From: Chloroflexota bacterium
GTDB lineage: Bacteria; Chloroflexota; Anaerolineae; B4-G1; SLSP01
Assembly (NCBI GenBank): GCA_036845725.1
Contig: DAIUDK010000005.1
Coordinates: 6,719 to 70,718, forward strand
Direction: 5' to 3'
DNA length: 64,000 bases
Shown: positions 47,530 through 57,198 of the stretch, in pieces
How positions within the stretch are numbered: position 1 is the first letter of the stretch
How the letters are laid out: every line of letters begins with the position of its first letter
The notes under the pieces: model-generated
Told to the model about the DNA's origin: nothing
Database searches by the model: none
What the model saw: the letters and a program-made list of their open reading frames with translations, nothing else
Program-made: the position numbers and the translations under genes

Positions 47530-47656
47530 CTTTGTTCGAAATTACGGACAATTAACGCGGAATACTTGTGGATGCAGATTTTCGCAGATTGACGCAGATT
47601 TTTCGTTTGGTTATTTTATCCGCGAAAATCAGCATCGATCTGCGTCTGTTGATATA

Positions 47657-48232
47657 GGAGGCAGCATGGATCTATGGCAAGGACAGCGGGTGCGGCTGCG
47701 TGGTGTGGAGCCAGGTGATGCCAATACCTTCTTCGCGTGGCGTGACAGCGATATGGAGCGCTTTACGGATTTTGTACGTTTCCCTGATTCGTTGGAAGCG
47801 ACCCGCAAGCATTTCGAGAAGATGGCGTTGCCAGAGTTGAAGGACGATGCCTTCGATTTCATCATTGAGAACGAAGCTGGAGAAGTCGTCGGTATCATCA
47901 ATTCTCACACCTGTGACCGGCGGGTAGGGTGCTTTATGTACGGCCTGGCGATCGGTCCGGCTTATCGCCGGCATGGCTATGCCTCCGAGGCGATTCTCCT
48001 GCTGCTACGCTATTTCTTCGACGAACTTAACTACCAGAAGGTCAGCGCCACTGTCTACAGCAATAATGAAGCTTCGCAGCGCCTTCACGAGCGTCTGGGC
48101 TTCACGTTGGAAGGTCGCATCCGCCGCGTTGTCTTCACGCTAGGCCAGCACTTCGACGAACTTCACTACGGGATGACGGTGGAAGAGTATCGGGCGAATG
48201 AGCGAATGGGCGAATCAGCGAATGGTGAATAG
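47657..48232 (+). CDS. GNAT-family N-acetyltransferase; C-terminus encoded by the octamer repeat array
   Basis: GNAT motifs (GLAIGPAYRRHGYASEA, RLGFTLEG). Start taken at ATG 47657 (SD GGAGG), not the ORF-track start. C-terminus RANERMGESANGE. Confidence 0.7.
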   Translation, partial: GGSMDLWQGQRVRLRGVEPGDANTFFAWRDSDMERFTDFVRFPDSLEATRKHFEKMALPELKDDAFDFIIENEAGEVVGIINSHTCDRRVGCFMYGLAIGPAYRRHGYASEAILLLLRYFFDELNYQKVSATVYSNNEASQRLHERLGFTLEGRIRRVVFTLGQHFDELHYGMTVEEYRANERMGESANGE

Positions 48233-48290
48233 ACGAATCGAGTTCCTGGTTCGCAATACTTCATCCCAATTACCGATTACCCATCCATCA
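48193..48290. repeat. GCGAATNN octamer tandem array plus ATTACCGATTACC/CATCACG motifs (left inverted copy flanking the MFS gene)
   Basis: gcgaatgagcgaatgggcgaatcagcgaatggtgaat... is the reverse complement of 49470-49560. Confidence 0.55.
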
Positions 48291-49463
48291 CGCCTTGCGC
48301 CGAAAGACGATGGGCAGCAGTGGCAGGGCGAACACGTTGACCGCAGCGATGACGGCGAATGTCCAGCGGAAGCCGATTTTAACTGTCAACCCGCCGCCGA
48401 CGGCCATGCCGACGCCTTGCGCCACGTTCGTCACCGCCATCAGGATGGAGAACATCGACGCGGCGATGCGTGGGTCGGTGTAGTTCATCGATAGCGCGTA
48501 GTAGAGCGTCTGGCAGACGCCGTAGGCCAGCCCGAAGACCGCGACCACCGGCCACGCCAGCAGCGTATTGGGCGTTAGTGCCAGCGCCAGCACCGCAACG
48601 AAGGTGACGCCCAGCGCCGTGAGCACTGCGTTGCAGTTGCCAAGCCGTTTGATGAATGCGCCACCGACCACCCCACCGAGCACCGCACCGATGCCCCACA
48701 CCGTTGTTATCAACCCGGCAGTACTCAGTGCGATGCCGAACTCCGTCTCCAGGAACGGATTGACCATCTGGTTGGCTCCGGCAATGATGAAGAAGATGAC
48801 GAAGCCCAGCCCAGCCAGCGCGAGGACGTGGCCGTGTTTGAACGCGCGGAACGCGCCCCAATCGAATGTGCGCTCGACGGGCCGTGTAGCTTCGCGCAGC
48901 CGCGACACCATCGGCAGCGGGAGCAGTGTGAAGATCGCCAGTAGCCAGAAGACGGCCAGCCAGGAAACGTGTTCGGCCAGCAGCCCCACGATGGAGGCGG
49001 TGATAACCACGCCGAGCGAGCGCCCGCCCACCATGTAACTCTGGATAACACTGTGCTCTTCCTCAGGAATGACGTCCAGCGCGAGGCCGTCGGTGCAGGT
49101 ATCGTAAAGCGCCATCGCCATCTGCAAGACAAACGCCAGCGCGACAAAGCCCCAATACGCCCCCGCCGGGTCGATGAACGGCGCGGCAATCAGACAGAGC
49201 GCTTGGATTGCCAACCCGATCACGATGTACGGTTTGCGATGTCCCAGGCCGAACAGGTTCACCTTGTCGCTCAACATCCCCAGGAAGATTTTGATGACGA
49301 AGGGGACCAGCGCGATGGAAGCGAAAATACCCACGTCGCCCATCGTCAGTCCCTTGGAAAGGAAGTAGATGGCGTTGAGCGCCGTAAAATAGCTCAACAC
49401 CGTCCCCTGGGCAAAATAAAGCAGCGCGAACATCAGGTAAGATGGGCGTTCCTGGTTTGACAT
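48288..49463 (-). CDS. MFS transporter
   Basis: 12 predicted TM helices. MFS loop motif GMLSDKVNLFGLGHRKPYI. Confidence 0.8.
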   Translation of the reverse strand: MSNQERPSYLMFALLYFAQGTVLSYFTALNAIYFLSKGLTMGDVGIFASIALVPFVIKIFLGMLSDKVNLFGLGHRKPYIVIGLAIQALCLIAAPFIDPAGAYWGFVALAFVLQMAMALYDTCTDGLALDVIPEEEHSVIQSYMVGGRSLGVVITASIVGLLAEHVSWLAVFWLLAIFTLLPLPMVSRLREATRPVERTFDWGAFRAFKHGHVLALAGLGFVIFFIIAGANQMVNPFLETEFGIALSTAGLITTVWGIGAVLGGVVGGAFIKRLGNCNAVLTALGVTFVAVLALALTPNTLLAWPVVAVFGLAYGVCQTLYYALSMNYTDPRIAASMFSILMAVTNVAQGVGMAVGGGLTVKIGFRWTFAVIAAVNVFALPLLPIVFRRKA

Positions 49464-49469
49464 AAGTTC

Positions 49470-49560
49470 CTCCGTGATGCGTGACTAGGGATTGATAATC
49501 GGTAACCGGTAATCCGTGATTCACCATTCGCCGATTCGCTCATTCGCCCATTCGCAATCT
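49470..49560. repeat. GCGAATNN octamer tandem array plus ATTACCGG/TAGGGATTGAT motifs (right inverted copy; overlaps the GT2 C-terminus)
   Basis: The reverse complement reads gattgcgaatgggcgaatgagcgaatcggcgaatggtgaatca. Confidence 0.55.
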
Positions 49561-50475
49561 GCTCTTGAGCACCTGCCGGTAGGCGGTGATGCGGGCGGCG
49601 CGCAGGTCGCGGCGGTGACCGATGAGCCATTTCGCGCCTTCGACGCCGATTTGCCAGACGTATTGGGCGAGCAGCCAGAGGCGCAGGCATTCGGCGATGA
49701 TGTTGCCATGGTACTTGTGCGTGTAGCGAACTTTGCTTGACTGAAAGTAGATGTGCCGTGCAGCGACGACTTGCTCGCTGCTTTTCCCCTCGTGGTGGAT
49801 GATGCGGGCTTCCGGGAAATAGACCACGCGCCATCCGGCTTCCCGGATGCGGCGGCACCAATCCAGTTCTTCGGAGTACATAAAGAAGCCTTCGTCCATG
49901 CCGCCGACCTGCGCGACGGTTTCGCGACGTGTCAGCATCGCCGCCCCGGTGATCCAATCCACGCCTTGAATGGCATCATCTGGCTGTTCCTGTGCGTAGT
50001 AATAACGCAGCAGCTTGCGCGGGGTCAGTTTTTCCAGCCAGGTGCTTTCGAGAAAGAGTATCGGTAGGGGGGGGAAGCGGCGACGCGAGGATTGCACGCT
50101 GCCATCGGGATTGCGCAGCTGCGGCCCGACCATGCCCACGTCGGGGTATGCTTGAAGATACGCCACCATACGCGGCAGCGCATCGTCGATAATTTCGGTG
50201 TCGGGGTTGAGCAGCAACAGAAAGTCGCCTGTGGCGGCGGTGAGCCCTTGGTTGTTACCGCCTGTGAACCCGCGATTCTCGGTGTTGGCGATCACAATGA
50301 CTTCCGGGAAGTTTTCGCGCAGCATCGTGACACTGTCATCGCGGGAGGCATTGTCCACCACGATGATTTCCAACCCGGATTGCTCGCTCCACGAGGCATA
50401 GACAGACGTGATGGCGCGTTGCAGCAGGTCGCGCACGTTCCAGTTCACGATAATGATGGACAGAACGGCGCTCAT
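49540..50475 (-). CDS. Family-2 glycosyltransferase
   Basis: IIVNWN, DNASRD and DxD region. 311 aa. Confidence 0.8.
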   Translation of the reverse strand: MSAVLSIIIVNWNVRDLLQRAITSVYASWSEQSGLEIIVVDNASRDDSVTMLRENFPEVIVIANTENRGFTGGNNQGLTAATGDFLLLLNPDTEIIDDALPRMVAYLQAYPDVGMVGPQLRNPDGSVQSSRRRFPPLPILFLESTWLEKLTPRKLLRYYYAQEQPDDAIQGVDWITGAAMLTRRETVAQVGGMDEGFFMYSEELDWCRRIREAGWRVVYFPEARIIHHEGKSSEQVVAARHIYFQSSKVRYTHKYHGNIIAECLRLWLLAQYVWQIGVEGAKWLIGHRRDLRAARITAYRQVLKSRLRMGE

Positions 50476-50481
50476 CGTGAT

Positions 50482-51498
50482 CTAGTATTGCCGTTGCACG
50501 GCGAAAGCGGCGATTTCTTGCATGGCCCGGCGGTAGGGCGTGTCGGGGTAAGCGTCAAGGAGCGCCTGCGCTTCTGCGCTGCGCGTCTCGGCCTGCTGCA
50601 TGGCCCACTCGGCGGCGTCCGACCGGCGCAGATCGGTAATGAGCGCCTGGATGGTCTGCTCATTGCGCGCGTGCTCATTGTGCCCGCGCACATTCCCCGC
50701 GCGCGCGAGGACCGTTTTCAGGCGCAGATCATCAGGGTGGCCGTGGAAGTAATGCAGCACCGGCAGGGTGATGATGCCCTGGCGCAGGTCGCCACCCAAC
50801 GGTTTGCCGAGTGTGGCCTCGTCGCCCATAAAATCGAGCACGTCATCAACGATTTGGAAGGCCTCACCGAGGAGTTTGCCGAACGTCCTTAACCTCTGTG
50901 CGTCGGCCTCGGCCCGCTGCGCCATCAGCGGGCCGATTTCCGCGGCAAGGACAAAGAGAGAGGCGGTTTTGGAGAAGATGCGGTTGTAGTAGTCGGCTTC
51001 AGTGGGGAGTTGGTTGCGATTGGCGAACATCTGGTTCAGCTCACCCTTGCAAATAACTGTCAGTGTTTTGGAGAAATGCTCGACCAGCTTGAGGTTCTGG
51101 CTGCGCGTTGCCAGTTCGGCAGCCCAGGCAAAAGCCACGTCGCCGGTCAAGACGGTTGTTGTGGCACTCCATTGGGCATTCAGTGTTTGTTTACCCCGCC
51201 GCATCAGGGCGTTATCGATCAGATCATCGTGAATCAGGGTCGCGGTGTGGAGCATCTCGACGGCTGCAGCGACGGGAATGGCGCTTGTTGTGTCTGCGTC
51301 AAACATATGGGCCGACAGCAGCGTCAATGCCGGGCGCAGCCGCTTGCCGCCGTTGATAATCGCCGTCAGCGCGGGTGCAATGGGATCGGGGAGGCGTTGT
51401 TGGATTTCAAGCATGGTTGCGTGAACGGGCGGCAGCTCATCCCGCAATGTCGTGATGTACTGTAATTCCTCTAGTTTCATTCCTTCTCGCGCTGGCAC
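50482..51498 (-). CDS. Trans-polyprenyl diphosphate synthase (long-chain, IspB/HepT-like)
   Basis: FARM LIHDDLIDNALMRRG and SARM FQIVDDVLDF. Confidence 0.85.
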   Translation of the reverse strand: MPAREGMKLEELQYITTLRDELPPVHATMLEIQQRLPDPIAPALTAIINGGKRLRPALTLLSAHMFDADTTSAIPVAAAVEMLHTATLIHDDLIDNALMRRGKQTLNAQWSATTTVLTGDVAFAWAAELATRSQNLKLVEHFSKTLTVICKGELNQMFANRNQLPTEADYYNRIFSKTASLFVLAAEIGPLMAQRAEADAQRLRTFGKLLGEAFQIVDDVLDFMGDEATLGKPLGGDLRQGIITLPVLHYFHGHPDDLRLKTVLARAGNVRGHNEHARNEQTIQALITDLRRSDAAEWAMQQAETRSAEAQALLDAYPDTPYRRAMQEIAAFAVQRQY

Positions 51499-51572
51499 TG
51501 GATTGTGTCCATTATATCACACTCGTTGGCGGATTGAGCAGATTAAAAGCGGATTAAGAAGACGAAAATTTA

Positions 51573-52394
51573 CTAATTCGTTTGTGCGCACAACCGAAAT
51601 AGACATTGCGCATTTGTTGTGGCTGCAGCAGCCAGGGTTTCTGTCTCAAGTTCCTTCAGTACAGCAATACGCTCCGCGATATACGTAAGGTGGGCCGGTT
51701 CGTTACGCTGCCCGCGATAGGGATGTGGAGTGAGATAGGGCGCATCGGTTTCTAATAACAGTCGTTCCAGCGGAACCTGCCGGGCGACTTCATGGAGTCC
51801 GGTGGCTTTCTCGAATGTCACCGGGCCATCCATACCGATGTACAAATTCAATGCCAGCGCCTCCGGTAACAGTGCCGACCCGGCGGCGTAGGCATGGAGT
51901 GTCCCAGTGCGTTCTGGGTGATCGTGTATCCAGGCGCTTAGGATGGCGAGGATGTCGGCGTGGGCATCCCGGTCGTGGAGGATGACCGGCAGCGATAGCT
52001 CGGCGGCGAGCGCCAACTGCGCTTCGAGGGCAGCGCACTGCTGTGACGGATTTGCGCAGGGCCAACCGCGATTGGGGATGTTCGGCCAGTAATAGTCCAG
52101 GCCAATCTCGCCGATAGCGACGACGCGCGGATGGGCGGCCAGTTCGCGCAACTCGGCCAGCGTTGCAGGTGTGAGGCTATCGGCCTCGGTTGGATGGATG
52201 CCGACAGCGACGTAGAGCGCGCAAGGTGTATCTGCGTAGCGTTCTGCCAACGCGATGGCGGCGCGGCTGTCTTCAAGCGTGCTGCCGGGCATAATGACGG
52301 CGGTCACGCCACGTTCGGTGGCGCGCGCCAGCGTCGCGTCCAGGTCATCCGCGAACCGGGTATGGTGCAAGTGAGCATGTGTGTCAATCAACAT
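51573..52394 (-). CDS. TatD-family metal-dependent hydrolase/DNase
   Basis: MLIDTHAHL start. TIM-barrel His/Asp/Glu pattern. 273 aa. Confidence 0.85.
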   Translation of the reverse strand: MLIDTHAHLHHTRFADDLDATLARATERGVTAVIMPGSTLEDSRAAIALAERYADTPCALYVAVGIHPTEADSLTPATLAELRELAAHPRVVAIGEIGLDYYWPNIPNRGWPCANPSQQCAALEAQLALAAELSLPVILHDRDAHADILAILSAWIHDHPERTGTLHAYAAGSALLPEALALNLYIGMDGPVTFEKATGLHEVARQVPLERLLLETDAPYLTPHPYRGQRNEPAHLTYIAERIAVLKELETETLAAAATTNAQCLFRLCAQTN

Positions 52395-52575
52395 CGGGGT
52401 GGATTATACACTTTTTCGATGATTTATCTACGTGCCTCTTATGAAAATCTAATATGAGTGTGTTATAATCCCTTAAGCTGAAGCTATGTGTGCTATCTGA
52501 TCGCCGGGTTGTAATCCGGCGCGAGCATCCAAAAGTTGATTATTGACTTTGGACTTATCTTAACTGGAGGGCTAG

Positions 52576-55239
52576 ATGTTACCCTGGTTCAATACACAAG
52601 AGCAAAATATTGACGATTTGATCCGGCGCATTCCGGAAGAGTTGCCCATACTACCGCTGCGGAATACCGTAGCGTTTCCTTATATCGTGATGCCGCTCGC
52701 GGTGGGCATACCGCGCTCCGTGCGGTTGATCGAAGATGTGGATCGCGGCAATCGTGTGGTCGGCCTGGTGGCGATGAAGGATCCGTCCGTGGAGATCCCT
52801 TCGACGTCACAGGTGTATCAGGTGGGAACGGCAGCGATTATCCACCGTGTCATGCGTTCCGACGACGGTACGCTGACGGTCTTTATCCAGGGTCTTGAGC
52901 GGTTCCGCGTCGTCGAGTGGACGGTGGAAGACCCGTACCTCAAGGCGCGTATTCGCCTCACGCCGGATATTGTGGAAGGTTCCGTCATCGAAGAGGCGCT
53001 GCGCCGCAGCCTGTTGGATGTCGCCACGCGGCTGGCAGAGCTGATTCCGCAATTTCCTGACGAAGCCATACGCTTCATCCAGCAGTTGGAAGACCCGCGT
53101 TTGCTCGTCTATCTTTTGGCTTCGAATATGCGCATCGAAATGACCGAATCACAGCGGCTTTTGGAAGTAGATCGCCTGACACACAAGATGGAGCACCTGG
53201 TGAAAGTGCTGACACACGAGCTGGAAGTGCGCGAGATCGGCCAACAGATCCAGGAGAAGGCGAAAGAGGAGATCGAGAAAACCCAGCGCGAGTATTACCT
53301 GCGCCAGCAGATGGACGCCATTCGCAAGGAACTGGGCGAGGGCGACGATGGTCGCCGCGAAGTAGAGGAGTACCGGCAGAAGATCGAGGAATCCGGGATG
53401 ACGGATGAGGCGAAAGAAGAGGCCGAGCGTGAACTGGCGCGTCTCGAAAAAATGCCGCCCCAGGCTGCCGAGTATTGGGTCATCAAGACGTATCTCGATT
53501 GGCTGGTTGCCTTGCCGTGGAAATCCTTGACCGAAGATCACTTGGATATCTCCGACGCGCGCATAGTGCTAGACGAGGATCACTACGACCTCGAGGATGT
53601 CAAGGAGCGCATCCTGGAATTTCTGGCCGTGCGCAAGTTGCGCCAGGAGCGCGGACTGGATGACGGCGATGACTCTGATCTGCAAGGGCGCAAAGTCGAA
53701 GGTTCTGGGGCGATTCTTTCCCTGGTGGGGCCGCCCGGTGTGGGTAAGACCTCGCTCGGGCAATCGATCGCGCGGGCGCTGGGGCGCAAGTTCACCCGCA
53801 TGAGCCTGGGCGGGATGCGCGACGAGGCCGAAATCCGCGGGCACCGCCGCACGTACATCGGCGCGATGCCGGGACGTATTATGCAGGCGGTCAAGCGCGC
53901 GGGCGTGAAGAACCCGGTCTTTATGCTGGATGAAGTGGACAAGATCGGTTCGGATTGGCGCGGCGATCCCTCGTCGGCGCTGCTCGAAGTGCTCGATCCG
54001 CAGCAAAACCACGCTTTCCGCGATCATTACCTCGACGTGGATTTCGACTTGAGCCAGGTGCTCTTCATTTGTACCGGCAACACGGTGGCAACGATTCCAG
54101 CTCCCTTGCTGGACCGGATGGAGACGATCGAAATCGATGGGTACACGGAATACGACAAGTTGCACATCGCCGAGCAGTATCTCGTGCCGCGCCAGACCAA
54201 GATGAATGGATTGCTACCGGATGAGATCATCTTCGGCGAGCCTTCGATTCGCGCGATCATACGCGACTTCACGCGTGAGGCCGGCGTCCGCCAGTTGGAA
54301 CGTGAGATCGGCAAAATCTGCCGCAAGGTAGCGACGCAGGTGGCCGAGACGAAAGAGGAACAGCGGGCGGAGGCCGGCGAAGTCGAAACGACAACGGATG
54401 CTGCCGCTTCGGAAGCGGGCGCTTCGGAAGCGGTGGCTTTTGAGACGGCGGCATTTGCGACGGAGCCTCCTGAGACTGAGGTCTCGGAAGCGGTCGAACC
54501 GGCCGAGCCGATCGAACCGATTGAAATCACGCCCGAAAAGGTGCGCGAATATCTGGGCAAGCCGCGCTATCGCTTCGAGGCCGCGCTGCGGACGGAGCGT
54601 CCCGGCGTGGCGACGGGGCTGGCGTGGACGCCCACCGGCGGCGAAGTGTTGTTCGTCGAGGCGGCGGCCATGCCCGGACAGGACGGCAATCTTATCCTCA
54701 CGGGGCATCTGGGTGACGTGATGCGTGAATCGGCGCGGATCGCCTTGAGCTATGTCGAATCGCACGTGAAAGACCTGAACCTGGGTGAGGAGTGTTGCAA
54801 GGGCAAAATCCACCTGCACGTCCCGGCCGGTGCGGTGCCGAAAGACGGCCCTTCGGCGGGCGTCACGATGGTGACGGCGTTGGTTTCGCTGCTCACCGGT
54901 CGTCCGGTCTATCCCGATCTTGGCATGACGGGTGAGGTGACGCTGCAAGGCCAGGTGCTTCCTATCGGCGGCCTGAAGCTGAAAGTGATGGCGGCGCACC
55001 GCGCGGGCCTGAAGCGCGTCCTCGTCCCCAAGCTGAACGACGTGGACCTGGACGAACTGCCGGACAAAATCCGCGACGAAGTGGAGTTCATCCTGGTGGA
55101 AGACGTGAACGAGGTGTTGGCCCACGCGCTGACGCCGAAAGTGCCAGCCGCTGACGTTTCCGAGGAGCCCGAACCGGGAGTCGCCCCTGAAGCCGAGGCC
55201 GCCACGGCAGAGACTCCGCCAGTGTTGGAAACTGCATAA
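52576..55239 (+). CDS. lon: ATP-dependent Lon protease (LonA) with acidic insertion between AAA+ and protease domains
   Basis: Lon N-domain. Walker A GPPGVGKTS. Protease catalytic PKDGPSAG(V)..K. Roughly 65-aa Glu/Ala/Thr-rich insert. SD CTGGAGGG. Confidence 0.9.
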   Translation: MLPWFNTQEQNIDDLIRRIPEELPILPLRNTVAFPYIVMPLAVGIPRSVRLIEDVDRGNRVVGLVAMKDPSVEIPSTSQVYQVGTAAIIHRVMRSDDGTLTVFIQGLERFRVVEWTVEDPYLKARIRLTPDIVEGSVIEEALRRSLLDVATRLAELIPQFPDEAIRFIQQLEDPRLLVYLLASNMRIEMTESQRLLEVDRLTHKMEHLVKVLTHELEVREIGQQIQEKAKEEIEKTQREYYLRQQMDAIRKELGEGDDGRREVEEYRQKIEESGMTDEAKEEAERELARLEKMPPQAAEYWVIKTYLDWLVALPWKSLTEDHLDISDARIVLDEDHYDLEDVKERILEFLAVRKLRQERGLDDGDDSDLQGRKVEGSGAILSLVGPPGVGKTSLGQSIARALGRKFTRMSLGGMRDEAEIRGHRRTYIGAMPGRIMQAVKRAGVKNPVFMLDEVDKIGSDWRGDPSSALLEVLDPQQNHAFRDHYLDVDFDLSQVLFICTGNTVATIPAPLLDRMETIEIDGYTEYDKLHIAEQYLVPRQTKMNGLLPDEIIFGEPSIRAIIRDFTREAGVRQLEREIGKICRKVATQVAETKEEQRAEAGEVETTTDAAASEAGASEAVAFETAAFATEPPETEVSEAVEPAEPIEPIEITPEKVREYLGKPRYRFEAALRTERPGVATGLAWTPTGGEVLFVEAAAMPGQDGNLILTGHLGDVMRESARIALSYVESHVKDLNLGEECCKGKIHLHVPAGAVPKDGPSAGVTMVTALVSLLTGRPVYPDLGMTGEVTLQGQVLPIGGLKLKVMAAHRAGLKRVLVPKLNDVDLDELPDKIRDEVEFILVEDVNEVLAHALTPKVPAADVSEEPEPGVAPEAEAATAETPPVLETA

Positions 55240-55245
55240 AAATGA

Positions 55246-55285
55246 AGAACCCCGGTTTCAAAAAGAAACCGGGGTTTCTGTTTGT
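55246..55285 (+). terminator. Rho-independent terminator after lon
   Basis: gaaccccggtttc-aaaaa-gaaaccggggttt followed by CTGTTTGT. Confidence 0.55.
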
Positions 55286-55315
55286 CACTTTCGTATTCGT
55301 TCACCTGACATTATA

Positions 55316-56149
55316 ATGCCAGACATGACGCGCGAATACACGATTGACGCATTCACGGACCGGCTCATCGCCGGTGACGCGCTCGACGTGCTGCCGCAAA
55401 TTCCGCCGGCGAGCGTGCATCTCGTGTGTACTGATCCACCGTACAATCTGGGTAAGGATTACGGTGCAATGGTGGATCGCAAGGCGTGGGACGAGTACGA
55501 GCGGTTCACGCGCGCGTGGCTGGCGGAATGTGTCCGCATCTTGCGCGACGATGGCAGCTTCTATGTGTTTATGGGCGTGCGGTTCATCGCCCGGCTGTAC
55601 GGCATCCTGGAAGAAATGGGTTTGCTCTTCAACGGCTGGATCACCTGGCACTACACGCAGGGTACGGGCCGAACGATTGGCTTTTCCCCGCGCCACGAGG
55701 ACATTCTCTACTTCACCAAGAGCGCCGCTTACACTTTCAACCTTGACGCGGTGCGCATCCCGCAGAAGTATTACCGCGAGCGCAACAACATGCGCGGCGC
55801 GAATCCCGGCGACGTGTGGACGTTCTCGCACGTCCACTACAGCAACCCGGAGCGCGAAGATCATCCCACGCAGAAGCCGGAGGCCCTCATCGAGCGCATC
55901 GTGCGCGCCAGCTCGAACGAAAACGACGTGGTGCTCGACCCGTTCGTCGGCAGCGGGACGACGGCGCGCGTGGCGCAGGCGCTCAACCGGCGCTACATCG
56001 GCATCGACGTGACGCCGGCGTACATCGCGATGGCGGAGCGCCGTCTCGCGCAGCCTTTCGCGGGCTTTGATTCCGTAGACCCCCGTGCGCAGCGCCAACC
56101 GCAGGATGTGCCGAACGGAACGCAGAATTCTAACCACCAATCTTCATGA
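55316..56149 (+). CDS. Beta-class DNA methyltransferase (motif IV DPPY before motif I FxGxG), probably N6-adenine; no adjacent restriction endonuclease
   Basis: CTDPPYN near the N-terminus and VLDPFVGSGTTARVA near the C-terminus. 277 aa. Confidence 0.8.
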   Translation: MPDMTREYTIDAFTDRLIAGDALDVLPQIPPASVHLVCTDPPYNLGKDYGAMVDRKAWDEYERFTRAWLAECVRILRDDGSFYVFMGVRFIARLYGILEEMGLLFNGWITWHYTQGTGRTIGFSPRHEDILYFTKSAAYTFNLDAVRIPQKYYRERNNMRGANPGDVWTFSHVHYSNPEREDHPTQKPEALIERIVRASSNENDVVLDPFVGSGTTARVAQALNRRYIGIDVTPAYIAMAERRLAQPFAGFDSVDPRAQRQPQDVPNGTQNSNHQSS

Positions 56150-56191
56150 ATGGTCACGGACAAAGAGAAAAATTAGTGAAGATTCGTGGTT
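56132..56191. repeat. REP-like palindromic element, copy 2 (AACCACCAATCTTCATGAATGG ... ATTAGTGAAGATTCGTGGTT)
   Basis: Inverted arms of about 20 nt. The left arm overlaps the methyltransferase stop. Confidence 0.5.
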
Positions 56192-56210
56192 TATCCTTTT
56201 TGAGGTGTAA

Positions 56211-57179
56211 ATGGACGAGATGATTGTTTTGGCAGAAGCGCCGGATTTGGAGTTTGACTATCTGGCCGATTTTCAGCAGCACAAGAAGGTGCGGCAGAAT
56301 TTGTTTTACACGACGGAGGGCGCGGAGACGTTCTACACGTATCGCGGGGCGGAGCTGGCGGAGATGTGCTCCGATGACGAGTGCGCGTTCTTCGCCCGGC
56401 AGCCGTTTTGGACTGTAGAGCGGCACATCGCCTTTGTAAGCCTGGGATGCGGCAACGCTGGGCCGGAGAAGCCGCTGTTGCACGCCGCCCAGGCCGCGGG
56501 ATACCCTGTGGCCTACTTTGGCGTGGATTCCTCGCGGACGATGTTGAACCTGGCGCAGCAGAACCTCGCCGACGAACCTTTTTCCAAGAAATTTGTCCTG
56601 GCCGACATTTTGCGCCCTGATTTTGTGGACAAGTGGCATCCGCTTGTCGCGGGATATGACACGCAGGTGTACGCGATGCTTGGCGGCACGTTCGGCAACT
56701 TTGAGCAAACGGTCATCGCCGAGGCGTTGGCGCGTATCGTCCCGGCGGGCGACTATCTTTACCTGGACGTCGTCCCGCAATTCGAGACACCGGACAAAAA
56801 CGAGGAGTTACGCAACCGGTTGGTCCACCTGCCGCAGAACTTGAGCCTGTTCTTCGCCAACCTGCTCGAAAAGCTGTGCATCGATCAAACGGCCGGCGAG
56901 TTGGTCGGCGAGGAGATCTACGAGGAAGATGTGGATGCGCTCCGATACGTCGCGTCGTTCCGCGTCCGTGAGGCGCTGGAATTTCCGTGCTTTGGCGGCA
57001 TCGTGCGCTGTTTGCCCGGCGAGTCGATTGAGCTGATGAACGTCCGTGCCTACAAGCCCACCGCGTTGCAGAAGTTTATGGCGGATTGGGGCTTCCGCTA
57101 CCTCGACACCTATACGCCCGACGTCGGCAACCTGGCGCATCTGTGGCAGCGGTTTTTATTCCAGAAGTGCGCTGTGTAA
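56211..57179 (+). CDS. EgtD-like (Methyltransf_33 / histidine N-alpha-methyltransferase family) SAM-dependent methyltransferase
   Basis: Family-like motifs VSLGCGNAGPEK, YFGVDSS and LGGTFGNFE. 322 aa is close to EgtD length. No EgtB or other ergothioneine genes nearby. Confidence 0.45.
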   Translation: MDEMIVLAEAPDLEFDYLADFQQHKKVRQNLFYTTEGAETFYTYRGAELAEMCSDDECAFFARQPFWTVERHIAFVSLGCGNAGPEKPLLHAAQAAGYPVAYFGVDSSRTMLNLAQQNLADEPFSKKFVLADILRPDFVDKWHPLVAGYDTQVYAMLGGTFGNFEQTVIAEALARIVPAGDYLYLDVVPQFETPDKNEELRNRLVHLPQNLSLFFANLLEKLCIDQTAGELVGEEIYEEDVDALRYVASFRVREALEFPCFGGIVRCLPGESIELMNVRAYKPTALQKFMADWGFRYLDTYTPDVGNLAHLWQRFLFQKCAV

Positions 57180-57198
57180 CGGGCGACTGAGCGTCTTT

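Noticed and set aside
47483-47656. Extended N-terminus of the GNAT ORF starting at 47483
   Set aside because: There is no SD, and it overlaps the repeat-rich intergenic region. The internal ATG at 47657 has GGAGG and starts the conserved GNAT fold.
52395-52575. HrcA/CIRCE heat-shock operator upstream of lon
   Set aside because: No TTAGCACTC-N9-GAGTGCTAA-like element was found. Only a generic extended -10-like TGTGTTATAAT is present.
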